This document shows, piece by piece, positions 37,658 to 50,971 of a DNA stretch of 64,000 bases. Location: the NCBI GenBank assembly GCA_977862235.1, contig OZ374562.1, positions 2,666,001 to 2,730,000 of the forward strand. Direction: 5' to 3'. The stretch is from Dudresnaya verticillata. Its lineage: Eukaryota. How positions within the stretch are numbered: the stretch's first letter is position 1; the number at the start of each line of letters is the position of its first letter. The position numbers and the translations under genes were made by a program. The notes beneath the pieces are model-generated. The model ran no database searches, was not told where the DNA came from, and saw nothing but the letters and a program-made list of their open reading frames with translations.

Positions 37658-38450
37658 CTAATTGTCAGGGAAAGGTATCCCTTTTAGGCAGTGGTACCCT
37701 GCAACCAAATTGTGAGGTAGATGCCCTTTTCGCTCCCATGTGTCCTTTGAAGCCGGGCTCTGGAACCACCGCAAGCGATAGAGGTGTGTGTCAGGGTCAT
37801 AGGAAACGATCCTTTCATACACGTGTTCGCGTGGTGGTGCCTTCTTGAAGCGCGAGAATTTGCGGGTTGACGTCCCTTCAGCCACTATCGGCGTAGGCGA
37901 TGGCGCGTCCCCTTCCTCGTTCATAGGAGCAGTCTCCTGTCGCTGTGGGGCAACATGCGCTGTATGGGCACCGCTAGGTTGCACAACCCCGCTTTGTTAG
38001 TTTTTTAGCCAGTGTCTCGCCTTCAGCACCAGGTGCTTCGGGGTGCGCCGGTTCATCACCGCCTGATGCGGTGTTCATCGGAGGGCCAGTGGCATTTGTG
38101 TTGAGCCCGTCGGTTGGCCCAGTCGGGCTACTTAAAGGTGCTGCACCTGTCTCCGGTGGCAATCCCACTACAGTGGGACTCATTTCTAGTGCCAGCGGCG
38201 CTTCATATGGAGATGGAGCCAAAGTGACTCGATCCAAAGAGATTGTTTCTCGGTCGACCTTAATTTCGAGAACCACCACATGGGTTCCTCTCTTGAGAAC
38301 CTTATATGGCCCAAGGGCTTTCGGGAACAGTTTCCCTTCTCTCGCCACACCTGAAGCATCCTTCACTTTGGTTTCCCGTTCGAGGAATACACATGACCCA
38401 AAACGTACCTTTTGGTTGGCCGGTCTAATGCGGTTATTGAAGTTGGTTTC
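37658..38450 (-). pseudogene. Gypsy-B integrase C-terminus (GPY/F) and chromodomain
   Basis: KLFPKALGPYKVL...ISLDRVTLAP and VYERIVSY...YRLRWFQSPASKDTWE. Confidence 0.85.
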
Positions 38451-38451
38451 A

Positions 38452-38959
38452 TGTGCTGGAGAGGTAGAACCGGGGGAAATGAAGCGAGCCGAGCGCGGCG
38501 CGGGGAGGAGCAGCAGGGAGGTGCGCGTAGGGAGCGTCGGGCACGCGGTTGGCACAGGTTGCGCTAGCCTTAGCCGGCGGTGACGCCGAGCAACGAGCTC
38601 GTGGGTCAGACGCGGGGGAACTCAGCTGCAGAGCCCATGTTTGGGGTTAGTTTACTGAGGGTGGCCGGCGCTACTCGCCGTAAGTCCCTGGCCACGGCGG
38701 TAGGATAGCCAGGGCTACCATACAGTACCTACAATAAACTAACACTGACACCTCAGTGTACCTAGTGTACACTGAGTGTCGACTACTGTAAAGGGAAATG
38801 TAATTAATAGGAGCGCGCGAGGTCATGCCCAGAATGGGCTGCGCGCGTCCGAAGTGGGCCGGCGTGGCCACGTGTGATACCTAACGAGCACACGTGTGTA
38901 TCGCGAGAAACGCGCTGATCACGTGGTAACATGAAAAGGGGCAATATTGTTGCACTACA
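38452..38959. repeat. LTR-like fragment at a rearrangement junction
   Basis: Non-coding, ends in GCACTACA like the Gypsy-D LTR, and has the GTTTACTG motif seen in other LTRs here. No TSD; left boundary uncertain. Confidence 0.5.
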
Positions 38960-39831
38960 ACTACTTCGCAACTCCGGGGTTTCGCTCAAAATCAAGAAGT
39001 GCTTCCTTTTCCGCAAACGAGTCGACTATCTTGGACACGTAATTTACCCGGGGAAGCGGAGTATGGCCAAGATGAGCTCCGAGGCATCCCGATACGCGAA
39101 GTTCCCGAAGACAGTCACGCAAGTCCGTTCGTTCCTCGGCGCGTGTAACGTATACCGAAGATTCGGGAAAGACTTCGCGAAAATTGCGCGACCGTTGACG
39201 AACATGACACGAAATGACGCGAATCCAGACTACGAGAATCCCACGGAGGACCAGGTTACCGCATTCGAAACGCTCAAACGGAAGCTCGTGTCACCGCCGA
39301 TACTCTGGCTACCGCAACTCGGGAAACGCTACATCATCGATACGGAAGCGTCTGCGTATCAACTCGGGTGCGCGTTGCTACATGAGCAAGATAACGAAGA
39401 GTTCCAACCGGCGGGATACTGGTCTTATTCGTTAAACGATGCCGAGAAGAACTACTCCGCGACCGAGCGCCTATGCTACGCAGTCGTATGGGCGGTTACT
39501 TCGTCACCTCCGTATATCGAAGGGACCCGGTTCACCGTGCGTACGGACCACGACGCTCCGCTGGCTTCTTTCTCTCACCGATTCGTCCGGGCGACTCACG
39601 CGATGGAGGCTGCGGTTAGCTGAATTCGACTTCGAAATCATGTATCGCCCCGGTCGCGTCCACCATATTCCCGATGCCCTTTCGCGGTTGCTACTTCCAC
39701 ATCGCGAACAACCCGCAGTCGACGACGAAGTGCCTACGTTGGATTCGGATCAAAACTCCAAAGAACGAAGCACGCTTCAGAAACGACGTCGCAAAAGCTA
39801 TCGAAAACGCAAGCGAACCGGTTCTCATCAC
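38960..39831 (+). pseudogene. RT/RNase H segment of the Gypsy-C family, inverted near-identical copy of ~42615-43513
   Basis: Translations match those of the minus-strand ORFs at 42532-43309, including the same frameshift after TDHDA. Confidence 0.9.
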
Positions 39832-39947
39832 CGCAGCAATCGAAATGAGCACTTCGTAGTCGGCACGTGATGCAAAAACGTAGTGGGGCGCCGGGGCCAT
39901 TCGGGTAATGAGCTTCGGGTGCCGCACAGCTCGAGTGGGCGTAGGTG

Positions 39948-42900
39948 TTATTCGGGCTGCGGATTGCGGATCACGAAGTCGGGGCAACGGATCCACACGG
40001 GCTCCCAGTCGGAGAGCCATTCGTGGGCGATTAGCACGGGATCAAGCGGGTCTGCTTGGCTTCGAAGCCTTGCGAAGTAGCGCGAAACGAGTTCTTCGGG
40101 CACGTGCGTACGGGGTTCCCACGTAGGCGTCGCGTAGCCGTCCCACTTGATACGAAACACGAATTTCCCGTCTTTGTCTGTCGAGTGATCGACGATATGA
40201 TCGACAACGTACTCGGGGCCTTCGTTGACCTTTTCCGCAATGTCTTCGGGTCGCGTAATCGACGGCCGCGAATTCGTAGGTGGTGGCGCGTAGATACAGC
40301 GGTCCGCGGAGACGCGTTCAACGAGGCCCTTGCGATCGATCACGAGTGTACGCGTATAGTTGAAGACCACTTTGTACGGCCCCTCCTCGGGGGATTTCAA
40401 CTTCGGAAGTTCCTTTTTGCCATCGTGGGTATCGAGCAACACGTAATCTACGGGTTTGACGCAGCTCTTCGTGCGTCGGATGCGTTTGTCGAAGTCGCGC
40501 TTGTATCGGTTTTGCACGCGTTGTAACGAAGTTCTTGCGGAGGTGATTGCGACATCGAGTCACCTAACGAAATCATTTCGAATGTCCTCCGTGGGTTTCG
40601 GTCGGTGCTTACGGGAGCGATGCTTGACGATGAATTCGGGCGGCGGTCGCGATAAAACGAGGTTGAACGGATTTGTCTTCGTAGACCGATGAACGTGGCA
40701 ATTGTACGAATACGTTAACGCGGAGATATAGCGGTCCGAATCGTTTTGGTGGTCGTTCACGTAGTTACGAAGCATGGCGAGGATAGTCCGGTTTTATCGT
40801 TCGGTTTGTCCTGTAGTATAGACGTCGGGTCGATCCGACGTCTAATACTTGCTGATCCGGAGCCGCCACACAGACCCCTCGATGGGTAGCTGTTGGGGTT
40901 GGTAGAGCGGTATCGGCCGCGTGCGCCCCGCAGGTGTGGATCGACGGAGTCGATGCCGGAGTGCGCACGGGGCGTATCGTACGCAGGTAGGCAGGGGCCG
41001 GATCCCAGCGTCCCTGTCGAAGGGCGGCACGAAGCCGACGGAAAGGAAAAGGAAAGGGGAAAAGCCTAGCGAGGCAAGGGGAAAAAGGGAAACCGCCCGC
41101 TGGCGAAAGGCAAAGGGATCGAACCCGAAAAGGCTGGGGGCAAGCTTCAGCGCGAGTTGTTGCTTGCCTGGTTTACTGAGCCGTCAATGGCCGACGGTCT
41201 TAAATACCCTACACTATGTGCACTACGACTACTTCTACAGTAGGTGCGCCCCACAACACCAACGCGGGAGGTGTGCGAGCGCGCGCCCATACACGTGTAG
41301 ACACGTCCGGGTAACGGCTACGCGTGGGCGCGCGAAGGGCGTAACGGGCAGCGGCCGTCTCAAAGGCTCGATGCCGGAGAGCGTCACAGGGGCGCGCCGT
41401 GTGCGGCACGGCGCGCGGCAGCTGCCGGCAGAAATGTGGTCGACCGCTACTAAATCAACGAAAAAACTAAGGGCACGCTGCCCAACCACGACTCGCCAGC
41501 GGGCGTCGTCGTGTGCACCATTACAGTGCGGGGCTGCCAGCATGCCTTACAGCCGCTGCTGATAGTGTGCTGACAGCTGTACTACATGTCCATTCGTTTG
41601 CGGATGATATGCGGAGGTGAACACGTTGATAACCCGAGTAGGCGGCAGACGCCATGAAAGAACTTCGAAGTAAATTGTTTTACGTTATCCGAGAGCACCG
41701 AGGCTGGCGGTCCGTATTTGAAGATCCAAACTTCGCAAAACGCGACTGCGACGTGATACGCGGTTATGACTCGTAGTGCAGCCACCTGGACCAACTTCGT
41801 AAATCGATCCGTAATCACGAGGATGAACTTGCGTCCGGATTTCGTTCATTGCAACGGGCCTAAGATGGCAATCGCAACCGATTCAAGTGGGCGCGTAGCG
41901 GGGAAGGGATTCAAGCGATGAAGGTTCCTTCGTAAGCGAATCCGATTTCTCGCGCAGTGCTTGCAACTTCGAACCGTAGATGCGATATTAGCAGCCATGT
42001 AAGGCCAGTAATACGTTTCAAGAAGTGAGCAGAACATGCGATTCTGCCCCGGGTGGCCAGCGAGTAACGAATGATGCGCTAGCGTAAGTTACCGGGGTCG
42101 GAACGTTTCGGGCAATACGATTTGCGTTAACTTCGGAATTGTCGGATGCGTTCGTCGCAGGAGACCGTCTCCATCTTCGTGAAAGAGACAATCCTTCGTT
42201 TTCGATTGTCTTGCTTGCAACGTTTGGGAGAACGAATCAATACGCTGTCCCTAGAGGATCGCGGATACGGTAATCGGCGCGGATAGGTCTGCGGGTTTGA
42301 CATCGGTTAGGTCACGCGGTTCTTCGTTAGGATCGATTCGATAAAGGTCAAACGGATCATCGTCATGGATATCGTCCCATAAATCGCAGTCATCGTAGAC
42401 ATCGTTTTGTCCTGCGTATTCATCACGTAGTGCTTCGTCGTGTACGCGGGCGCAACCTTTGTGGCGGTGAGGATGGTGAGCTCCGTAATCTTTCGGGACC
42501 TCCGTGGGTCTTTGCGTAGTACCTGCTCGAATTACCCCTTTTGCGGGCGTAGTCGTCCGCGTGGAGTCGTGGCGAATCGCGGTAACTTTCGATTGACGTT
42601 TGCGAGATTGCGTAGTGATGAGAACCGCTTCGCTTGCGTTTTCGATAGCTTTTGCGACGTCGTTTCTGAAGCGTGCTTCGTTCTTTGGAGTTTTGATCCG
42701 AATCCAACGTAGGCACTTCGTCGTCGACTGCGGGTTGTTCGCGATGTGGAAGTAGCAACCGCGAAAGGGCATCGGGAATATGGTGGACGCGACAGGGCAT
42801 CGGGAATATGGTGGACGCGACCGGGGCGATACATGATTTCGAAGTCGAATTCAGCTAACCGCAGCCTCCATCGCGTGAGTCGCCCGGACGAATCGGTGAG

Positions 42901-45900
42901 AGAAAGAAGCCAGCGGAGCGTCGTGGTCCGTACGCACGGTGAACCGGGTCCCTTCGATATACGGAGGTGAAGAAGTAACCGCCCATACGACTGCGTAGCA
43001 TAGGCGCTCGGTCGCGGAGTAGTTCTTCTCGGCATCGTTTAACGAATAAGACCAGTATCCCGCCGGTTGGAACTCTTCGTTATCTTGCTCATGTAGCAAC
43101 GCGCACCCGAGTTGATACGCAGACGCTTCCGTATCGATGATGTAGCGTTTCCCGAGTTGCGGTAGCCAGAGTATCGGCGGTGACACGAGCTTCCGTTTGA
43201 GCGTTTCGAATGCGGTAACCTGGTCCTCCGTGGGATTCTCGTAGTCTGGATTCGCGTCATTTCGTGTCATGTTCGTCAACGGTCGCGCAATTTTCGCGAA
43301 GTCTTTCACGAATCTTCAGTATACGTTACACGCGCCGAGGAACGAACGGACTTGCGTGACTGTCTTCGGGAACTTCGCGTATCGGGATGCCTCGGAGCTC
43401 ATCTCGGCCATACTCCGCTTCCCCGGGTAAATTACGTGTCCGAGATAGTCGACTCGCTTGCGGAAAAGGAAGCACTTCTTCATTTTGAGCGAAATCCTGG
43501 AGTTGCAAAGTAGCGAGAGGACTTGATCGAGATACGCGATGTTTTCACGAAGGTTCGCGGAGAAAACGACCACGTCATCGGCATAAACGACCCAGCAGTG
43601 CCCACGGACTCCGGATATAATGATATTGAGTGCACGTTGAAACGTAGCGGGCGCGTTTTTCAAATCGAAAGACATACGAAGATAACGATAAGTTCCGAGA
43701 AACGAAGTAAAAGTAGTCTTGTCGCGGTCTTCCGGGGCAACCGGAATCTGCCAGTACCCGCTGTTACAATCGAGTGTCGAGAAAATAGAAGCGTCTCCGA
43801 GTGAATCGATACAATCTTCCATCCGGGGAAGCGGGTACGCGTCAGATAGTGTCTTCGTATCGATTCTTCGGCAATATTTGCAAAAACGAAATGTTCCGTC
43901 TTTTTCGGTGCGAGGACTACGGGGGACGCCCTCTCCGAGGTGGCTGGTTCGATTACTCCGGCTGCGAGCATACTGTTGATTTCGTTACGGACGATTTCGC
44001 GTATTGAGAGCCCTTGACGGTAGGGCATCGAGCGAATAGGTCGAGTCCCGGGTTTTAGCTCGATCCGATGCTCCGTGGCTGCGATCGTTCCGATATCTCC
44101 ATTCCACATCGATTCGTGCTTACGTAGCATCTCGAGGACCTCGTTTTGCATAGTTTCGTCGGGTATGTTCGAAAGGTCTACGAGTTCTTCCCAATCGCGG
44201 GAACTAGAATTGGCTTCGGCCGCTGCAGTCGCGGCGCCCTTCATGAGCGGTTTTTCCTTCGTGGATAGGGATTATTCGGGTAACTTCGAGTCGTCGCGAT
44301 CACGTAGCGTAGAGATGTTTAGCACCTTGGCAAACGAATCCGCGACTGCACGATCGGGTGTCAAAATCGCGAGCGGGTTTCGAGCTGCGTATCCGATGAC
44401 GGTTCTCTTCGGTAGAGCTCGAGGCTTATCCGTGAAGTTCGCCATCAACACCGAAAACTCGCCATTCGGACTGACTTCGTGTATCCCGTTCGTTAACCGT
44501 ACTCCGTGTTGGTGTTGTAACGAAGGTTTCGGTTCGATATCAATGAGTCCGAGTGCTTCCGAGGTCACGGTGACTAGCTTCTGCGAATAACTCGGTATTG
44601 TGACGCGGCGGTTCAAACGAATGGTACGGGTGTCTCGGTCCCAATCGTGGAGCTCGCGTCGATGTCGCTTCGATAGCGTTTTCTCGAATTTCTGCTTCGG
44701 ATTTTTCGAATTAGTCGCGGGCGGAGCAGATCCAGCAATGCGGTTGATAATCGGAATCGTGCTTCCACTCTTCGTGATGAGCCTCCGTGGGCTGAGCTCG
44801 ATGCTTCGTAAAGGCGCGTCCATCCACGAAGTTCCAAGGAGAACGTCGACTGCGAGTTTCTCCGCAACCACGAAGGGTACGCGGTATCGAACGATCCCAA
44901 GGCGGACTGTCAGGTAAACGATACCATCCAGTCGCAACGGGGTGCGATTAGCGGATGCGAGCCTCGGAGCTGATTCCATCGTGGACGCCTTCGCTTCCGA
45001 ACCGGTGGGTAAGGCAGCCCGGGCTATTAGTTTGTAACCGGAACAAGTATCAATTGCAATCGTATGCGGCGTCATTACGTAGGCATCGAGGCCAATGGAT
45101 CCGCTCACGAGGAAGATCTCCGAAGTCATCAAGCAAACGTATCCCTCGGTGGTGACTTCGGGTTCGATCTTCGAGATCGGTATCTTCTTCAAATTGTTTT
45201 CGCACGAAGCAGCTTTCGCGAGGACTCGACATCTCTTTCGGTATCGTCGTCGCGCAGCGCGCTTCCTTCGCATCGCAGCGGCTCTCGGAATCGGAATATG
45301 CGGATTGTCTCGGGGAACGGGTTCAAACGAAGTACGTGACACAACGGGTGTCCTCGGCTTTACTCGTTTTCCGAACTCGAACTAGAATCCGAATTACGAG
45401 CGTCCGCGTCGAAAAGGGGTGGTTGATCGATCATCTCTTCCGTTATTCGCGGAGTCTTTGTAAGCCTCCGAGGGCAGGTTCGGGTGACTCAGCTCAATCA
45501 CGTCAACGTTTTTACGGACTGCGAGAACCGGTTGACGGCCCGGGGCCTGCGCGTGTCTCGGATTGCGGAGGACGGTCGGCGGCCCTCGACGCTCAAAGCT
45601 GACTTGACGCTGGGCTCGGTCCCTCGGATAGCGCGTATCGCCTTGACGAAGGTCTCGGTTTACGCGATTGGCACGCGAGCCTCGGGAGGCTTGTCCACGG
45701 TGACTTCGATTGTCAACGGACGCGAACGAATTCCCTCTTGCGGCACCGCGATTCACGAAGTTATTACGCGTATACGGTCTCGTCTCGAGTTGATAGAGAT
45801 AGTTAGTTCTGATACGCGCAGTAGAGTTGTTGCTCCTTCGTGAGATACGGACAAGAATACATCAGGTGACCGATTTCGCCGCAGAACCAACACGGCCACG

Positions 45901-47828
45901 CATCCGGGTTCTTCGGGATCATCGAACGTGCCATCTCGATTTCCTCCGGGGTCATCGGGGGGACACGCGCGGGTACGAAACGCTCGATGCGACTCGTGAG
46001 ATCTAATGTATCGTCCACGGAGACCGTTGTCGAAGTAGTCGATGTAGCGGATGTGGACCTGGTTCCTGAACGAATCATCATCACGGCCATTTGCGGATCT
46101 TCGTTCATCGGGTACTCGTATTCACTCCCGCGAGTGTCGCACACTTCGATAAGCATCGTGCATCCGGGCGCTTGGCGACTCTTCGGGTACGTAGCGGAAG
46201 CTTGGCTCTTCGAATCACGCGACTGTTGGGCCGCGGTGTCACGTTATTCGCGAGCTCGGAATTTCGTACCTTCGGCTTGCGCGATTCGTTGTACGCTCAT
46301 GAAGTTCTTTTGCTCGGACAACGGTAAAAGGAGAACCTGTTCGGCCACGATAGGATACGTAGTGGGTAGAAGTCCACGAATAAATTGGTGCGTTAACGAA
46401 GAATCAGCATAGAAACCGGAGCAGACATCCGCGTAGCCTTGTAGACGAGTCGCGAACTCCATCTCGGTTTCTTCGGACTTCTGCTTCGCGGTAATCACGC
46501 GATCGTGTGCGTCAGCGATTACGTATTCCGTGAGAAATAGTTGTAGCAATACGTTCACGATAGCAGACCAGCAAACCGGGTTGCCAGTACGAACGCCTAC
46601 GAAGGCATAGTGTTGATACACCTTGAGCACGGTCTCGTCGAGGAACCACGAAATCTTTCGAACTGCTGCTCCTTCGGTGAGCCCGACTCCGTTCAGCGCT
46701 TGTCTAATATCACGAATAAATACGAGAACCTTAATCGGATCGCGTCCCATAAACTTCTCGAATCTCGGCATCATCGAACGCATGCGCGAAACGGTTTTTG
46801 ACGTTTTACCTCGGAATACTTCGTGTTGTTTATCCTGAGGTGACTAATTCGTGATTCGATACGATCGATAGCTTACAGCCTGCGCCAATTCGGTGATGAG
46901 CGTCGGTATCGGTTGACGCCCGGCTCGAGCGGTCCCCAGTGCCAGAAAGATGACACGGGTCCCGCGAGCGATCACGGAGTTTTGATTACGGATCCTCCGG
47001 GGGACATCGGTGGTTGAAGTGAAGCTCGGAATACTGCGGGGTTGATACGGGGGGTTTCGGAGGCATCGGTTGCCTGATGCGATAAAGGGTGCAGGGACTG
47101 ATTCGGATACGTGTTTTTCGGTAACGTAGATTGGGCACCCGGGCCTTGCACGGGTTGAACTAGCGGTATTGCAATTGAATTGCGGGGGTCAGGACGGGCA
47201 TCGGGACGATCTTCGCGAATTCGAGTCTTTTCATTCGGTAATGCTGCGGACACGATGTCACGTATAGCGTTCAACTGTTCCTCCGTAGACGTGTGCGAGC
47301 TGCGAACGGGAAGCGGGTGACTCGCGTTGTCCACGGGGGCGGTTGCGTTGCGCTCGAGCACGAGGAAACGGTTGCTGACTCCCAAGACGAGATCCCGGAG
47401 ACTCTCGAGTGAGTCTTCGATCTACTGACCTTGCCAGCGCGGAAATTTTCGAGCTCTGCGTGAACGCGATTATGCGTATTACGAATTGAAAGCTGCGTGA
47501 TACGGTACGCAGTGGAAAGCGCGTCGATGACCTCTTCGTAGAGTAAACGTCGTTCTGCACCGGAGACTTCCTTCATCGAGAATAGTCGATCGACGGTATC
47601 CGAGGGAACGATTTCCAACGGAGTGTACGTATACGAAAGGTCGGACGGGCTACCGTGAGCCTGCGAACGCGAGTCTGTGCGAAGATCGGGTACCGTTATA
47701 CGTGAAGCGCGAGTGCGAGAAAACGGTTCAAAGTCACTCGCGTTCGAGTCGAACAACGGGAGCTCCGGAATCGGTACGTCACCGGGGTTCGGTACCAACG
47801 AATCGGGACGACTCGGAGCGTGACACAT
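39948..47828 (-). pseudogene. Gypsy-C gag-pol with chromodomain, heavily disrupted
   Basis: gag KFMGRDPIKV and CWFCGEIGHLMYSC; IDTCSG (protease); LDCNSGYWQI; YADD; ITDRFTK; EYVVDHIVDH...IKWDGYATPTWEP. Confidence 0.9.
40812..41586. mobile_element. Solo LTR (775 bp) inserted in the Gypsy-C integrase
   Basis: TGTAGTA...TACTACA termini with perfect TSD TGTCC (40807-40811, 41587-41591). Its start resembles the Gypsy-A LTR. Confidence 0.92.
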
Positions 47829-47880
47829 CGTGTCTCGGATAGAAACGAATTACGAATAAATGCGAAACCTCGGAACCACG

Positions 47881-47898
47881 TTCTAGGTCGGGAGACCA
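47881..47898 (-). promoter_or_regulatory. Primer-binding site TGGTCTCCCGACCTAGAA (probably tRNA-Tyr)
   Basis: 18-mer starting TGG, 1 nt from the LTR, identical to the Gypsy-D PBS. Confidence 0.8.
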
Positions 47899-48303
47899 GT
47901 GTGGTATACCGAAGTCCACGGTGACGCGGGGAAGTCTCGCACTGTAAGGAATGGCCTCGGAGCCTAAGGAATGGCTTCGTAACCTAACGGAGAAAGGAAA
48001 AGGGGTGGTAGCGTGGTAGAGCGGAGCGACCAACACGAAGGACCACGGTTTCAACGTATTCGTGAGCGGAAGGTAGAACTCGAGCGATCGATCCCCGGGG
48101 ATGACTCCGGGTACGCAGGGCGATCGAAAGCGAGGCTCGACCGTATCCGCGGCCACGAAGACGAAGACACCGAACTCGAAGAAACAGGGGTTTACCGAAG
48201 ACTCCGAGGTCCGGGCGCTAGTCGCTTGCCGGAAACCCTCGGAGATTGTGCCAGACGACTGGCTAAGTAATACTAAGTGAGCACGAATACACGTCAAAGC
48301 GGG

Positions 48304-48836
48304 TGTGGAGCACTCACAATCCACCAAAACAGGTCCCGATGGAGGGACAAGCAAGGCCTGATCGTAAGGCCACCCGCGCAGTCCGGGCGCGGTGCGGGAG
48401 ACCACCCTGCAAAGGATAGGGTGCAGGGACCCAAAGGAAAAGGGAAAAGGCAGAGGAAAAGGGAAAAAGGTAGACAGTAGAGATAGGTTAGCGGTAGCTT
48501 AGGCGTGAGGCTACTCGGGTTCCGCGCGACTCCAAGCTTTGCACCGAAGTGTTAGGCCCGAGGGTGGATGCCCCTCCGTTTACCAGATGTGCAGCCCTAG
48601 GTGGCTAAGTACTACCGCCGCCGGCACGGAGGCGCTGGCAGGCACACCTACACTACTGTAGGGTGTAAGCGCTAGAGCTCGATCTAGATCTAAAGTGGAG
48701 AGCTGAATTGGCCTGCTCGTGCTTACTGTAGACTGTGCTGTCAGTCAGTCGGCAAGGACGCGCCTGTAAAGCGCGCCTGTAAGGCAAAGGATCCGGAATT
48801 GGGTCAGACGAATGGGGCGAGTGCTAGTGTACTACA
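48304..48836 (-). repeat. Gypsy-D 3' LTR (~95-bp deletion relative to the 5' LTR)
   Basis: Direct repeat of 60098-60735. Confidence 0.93.
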
Positions 48837-49236
48837 GATCCCCCTTCGTAGCGTTGAACGCCCACGCTCAAAAATCAAGTGAAAAGGTCTTCGCGAGGCA
48901 CCATTCGTCGTCGGTGCTGTACCTGAACGCGGTGCGCGACGGAGGCCATATCAAAGCCAAGGAGTAACTCCCATTGTCGGTGGAGCCCGACCAGAACACA
49001 GTCGTCATCACTGTTTCGTGTGAGGTTGCCATTTCTCGCTTTTGTCCTGCGCGTTTGCTGCTCTGCGCTGCATGTTGCTCTGCGCTTCGTGTTGCCCGTG
49101 TGCCCGGGCTTTCGTGTCGGAGTCTCCCGACGGTGCTGTGCACCTGTTTTGGTATACCCAACTTGCGTAGTCGCTCGTGTGAACGCGACAAGTCCGTGGA
49201 CTGACGTACTGAGATACTTCAGCTTCTTTTGGCGAG

Positions 49237-50971
49237 ATGGACCGTTTCCATATTCGCCTGGTGTTTCAAGCTGGATCTGTGACCGTCCCTGAGTCGAGCC
49301 GGTTCGCAACCGAGGCTCAATTGCGTGGGAAGTCAATGCGACATCACCCGCTGCTCTTAGAGAGAGCAGCATGGTTTCACAAGGAGTCCGTTCGCACCCC
49401 GGACATTCTCGAGGCTTACATGGGCACCTCTGGATCGTTGCACGGAGGGCTACACGTGCTCGCTGTCACTAGTCGTGACTGGGTGTTCCGTATTGACGTG
49501 AACCCCGAGGCGTTGGCGTTCCGCCATAGGCGTACCTCTGAGGAGAGGCGCCGAGCCTTTGTGCGGCTCTTGGTCGACCGCGTGGGGCGCACCCCGTGCA
49601 ACGAACTCATCCCGCAAGGGATGGACGTTGATACGTGGGCGTATTGCACGCTGGGCGACGTCGATTATCTCGATGTGTTGGTCTAGATCTTGGATGGCGA
49701 CATTGGGGACACAGTCCATAAGTCGCTTTGGGCGTGGTGCCGCCCCATTCTGCCAGCGAATTACCGCTCGTTCGTAGAGCGGGAGAGCGCGGCGAGCTAT
49801 TGGCATCAGCTCAAATGGGAGCGCCGTGAGCGCAATCGCTACGGCGTCTTCCTGGTATACCAGTGGGTGGAGGTTCACACCTTTAAGGCGAGTGAGCTCT
49901 CCACCCGCTATCCCAGCCTGGTTCGACCAGTGGGAGGCGCCATTAGACTTCACGGCTGAAGCGCCGCCGGTCCTGACCTACTTTGGTTTGAGGCTGGCGG
50001 CTGACCCGAGAGACAAGTTATGGGTCTTGTTCCTAGCCGAGTGGGGTGCTATTACTGCGAAGCGCTGGACATGGAGCGCAGTGGACGGGCGGTTGTACCT
50101 CATGCCCTATATGCTTCTAGAGAAATACGAGAAGCTGGACTTCACAGCAGTTCTTGGTGGTGCGGCGGTGCATTTTCCGCGGCTTATTGAAGCCCATGGC
50201 CTGGTTAACTGGCCTGATGTGCCCAGTCGGCAAGGCCGGCGTGGTACACGACAGGTAAATCGCTCACCGGGTGGGGGTTTCGATATGGGGACCCCCACCT
50301 GCGGAACCTGGGTTCGGTTCGACTTTGACCATTTCGAGGTCACACAGCCGGAGCTGCTGAAGGGGGCCGTTACACCTCAAGCTCAGGATGAGGCTGTGGC
50401 GCCTCCGAATGGTGAAGCTGGTAACGCTTCTGAAGCAGCTCTTGCATCGAAGGCTGCTTCTGGTGCCACGGTGAGTAGTGGCCCGGGTGATTGGGGTGAC
50501 AATCATGGCTACCCACCCCTGTCGGGGCATGTTCGCCGTCGCGGTAGCGCGACATCGGGGCAGCCCACGCGTCGTCGTGGTCGCTACGGCCTGGGCCATG
50601 CGCGTTCGTATGCGGCGGCTGCCACGCAGGCGGTCGCTGGACCTGCGAAAGGTGCGGGCTGCGTTGGGGGCCGAGGTGTCGCGGCGTCAGCGACTGTGGC
50701 TGCTCCTGCCTCGGCAGTGGCAGCTGGCGAGGATCCTGTCGCGATGGATGTGGACGTGCCTACACGTCAGAGTTCTGGGGCGTCAACATCCCCAGCGACC
50801 GTAGGAGCAGTTCTGGCTCCGAAAGGCGTTGGGGCGGCTGCGGGTGCCGCTCCAGCAGCTGCAGCGGCTGCTGAGCCCAAGGTGGGGTCTGGCGTTTCAA
50901 TCGCGACGACGCCTACCAGTGAGCCGGTAGGCGGTGAAGGGGAGATCGATTCCCAAGAGTACATTGAGTAG
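49237..50971 (+). pseudogene. Gypsy-D antisense extra ORF
   Basis: ORFs 49237-49686 and 49690-49959 are in frame across a TAG, then frameshift into 49826-50971. Homologous to the Gypsy-A and Gypsy-B ORFs. Confidence 0.75.

Larger units (their letters stand above)
11471..38450 (-). mobile_element. Gypsy LTR retrotransposon B, 3' portion only (3' LTR, antisense ORF, integrase C-terminus and chromodomain); hosts the Copia and the DNA transposon
   Basis: LTR, then PPT, then antisense ORF, then chromodomain/INT: the same layout as Gypsy-A and Gypsy-D. The 5' part was not found. Confidence 0.75.

Noticed and set aside
38863..38872. CGTGGCCACG as a fourth micro-scar
   Set aside because: Ends are not TG/CA and there is no flanking 5-bp duplication.
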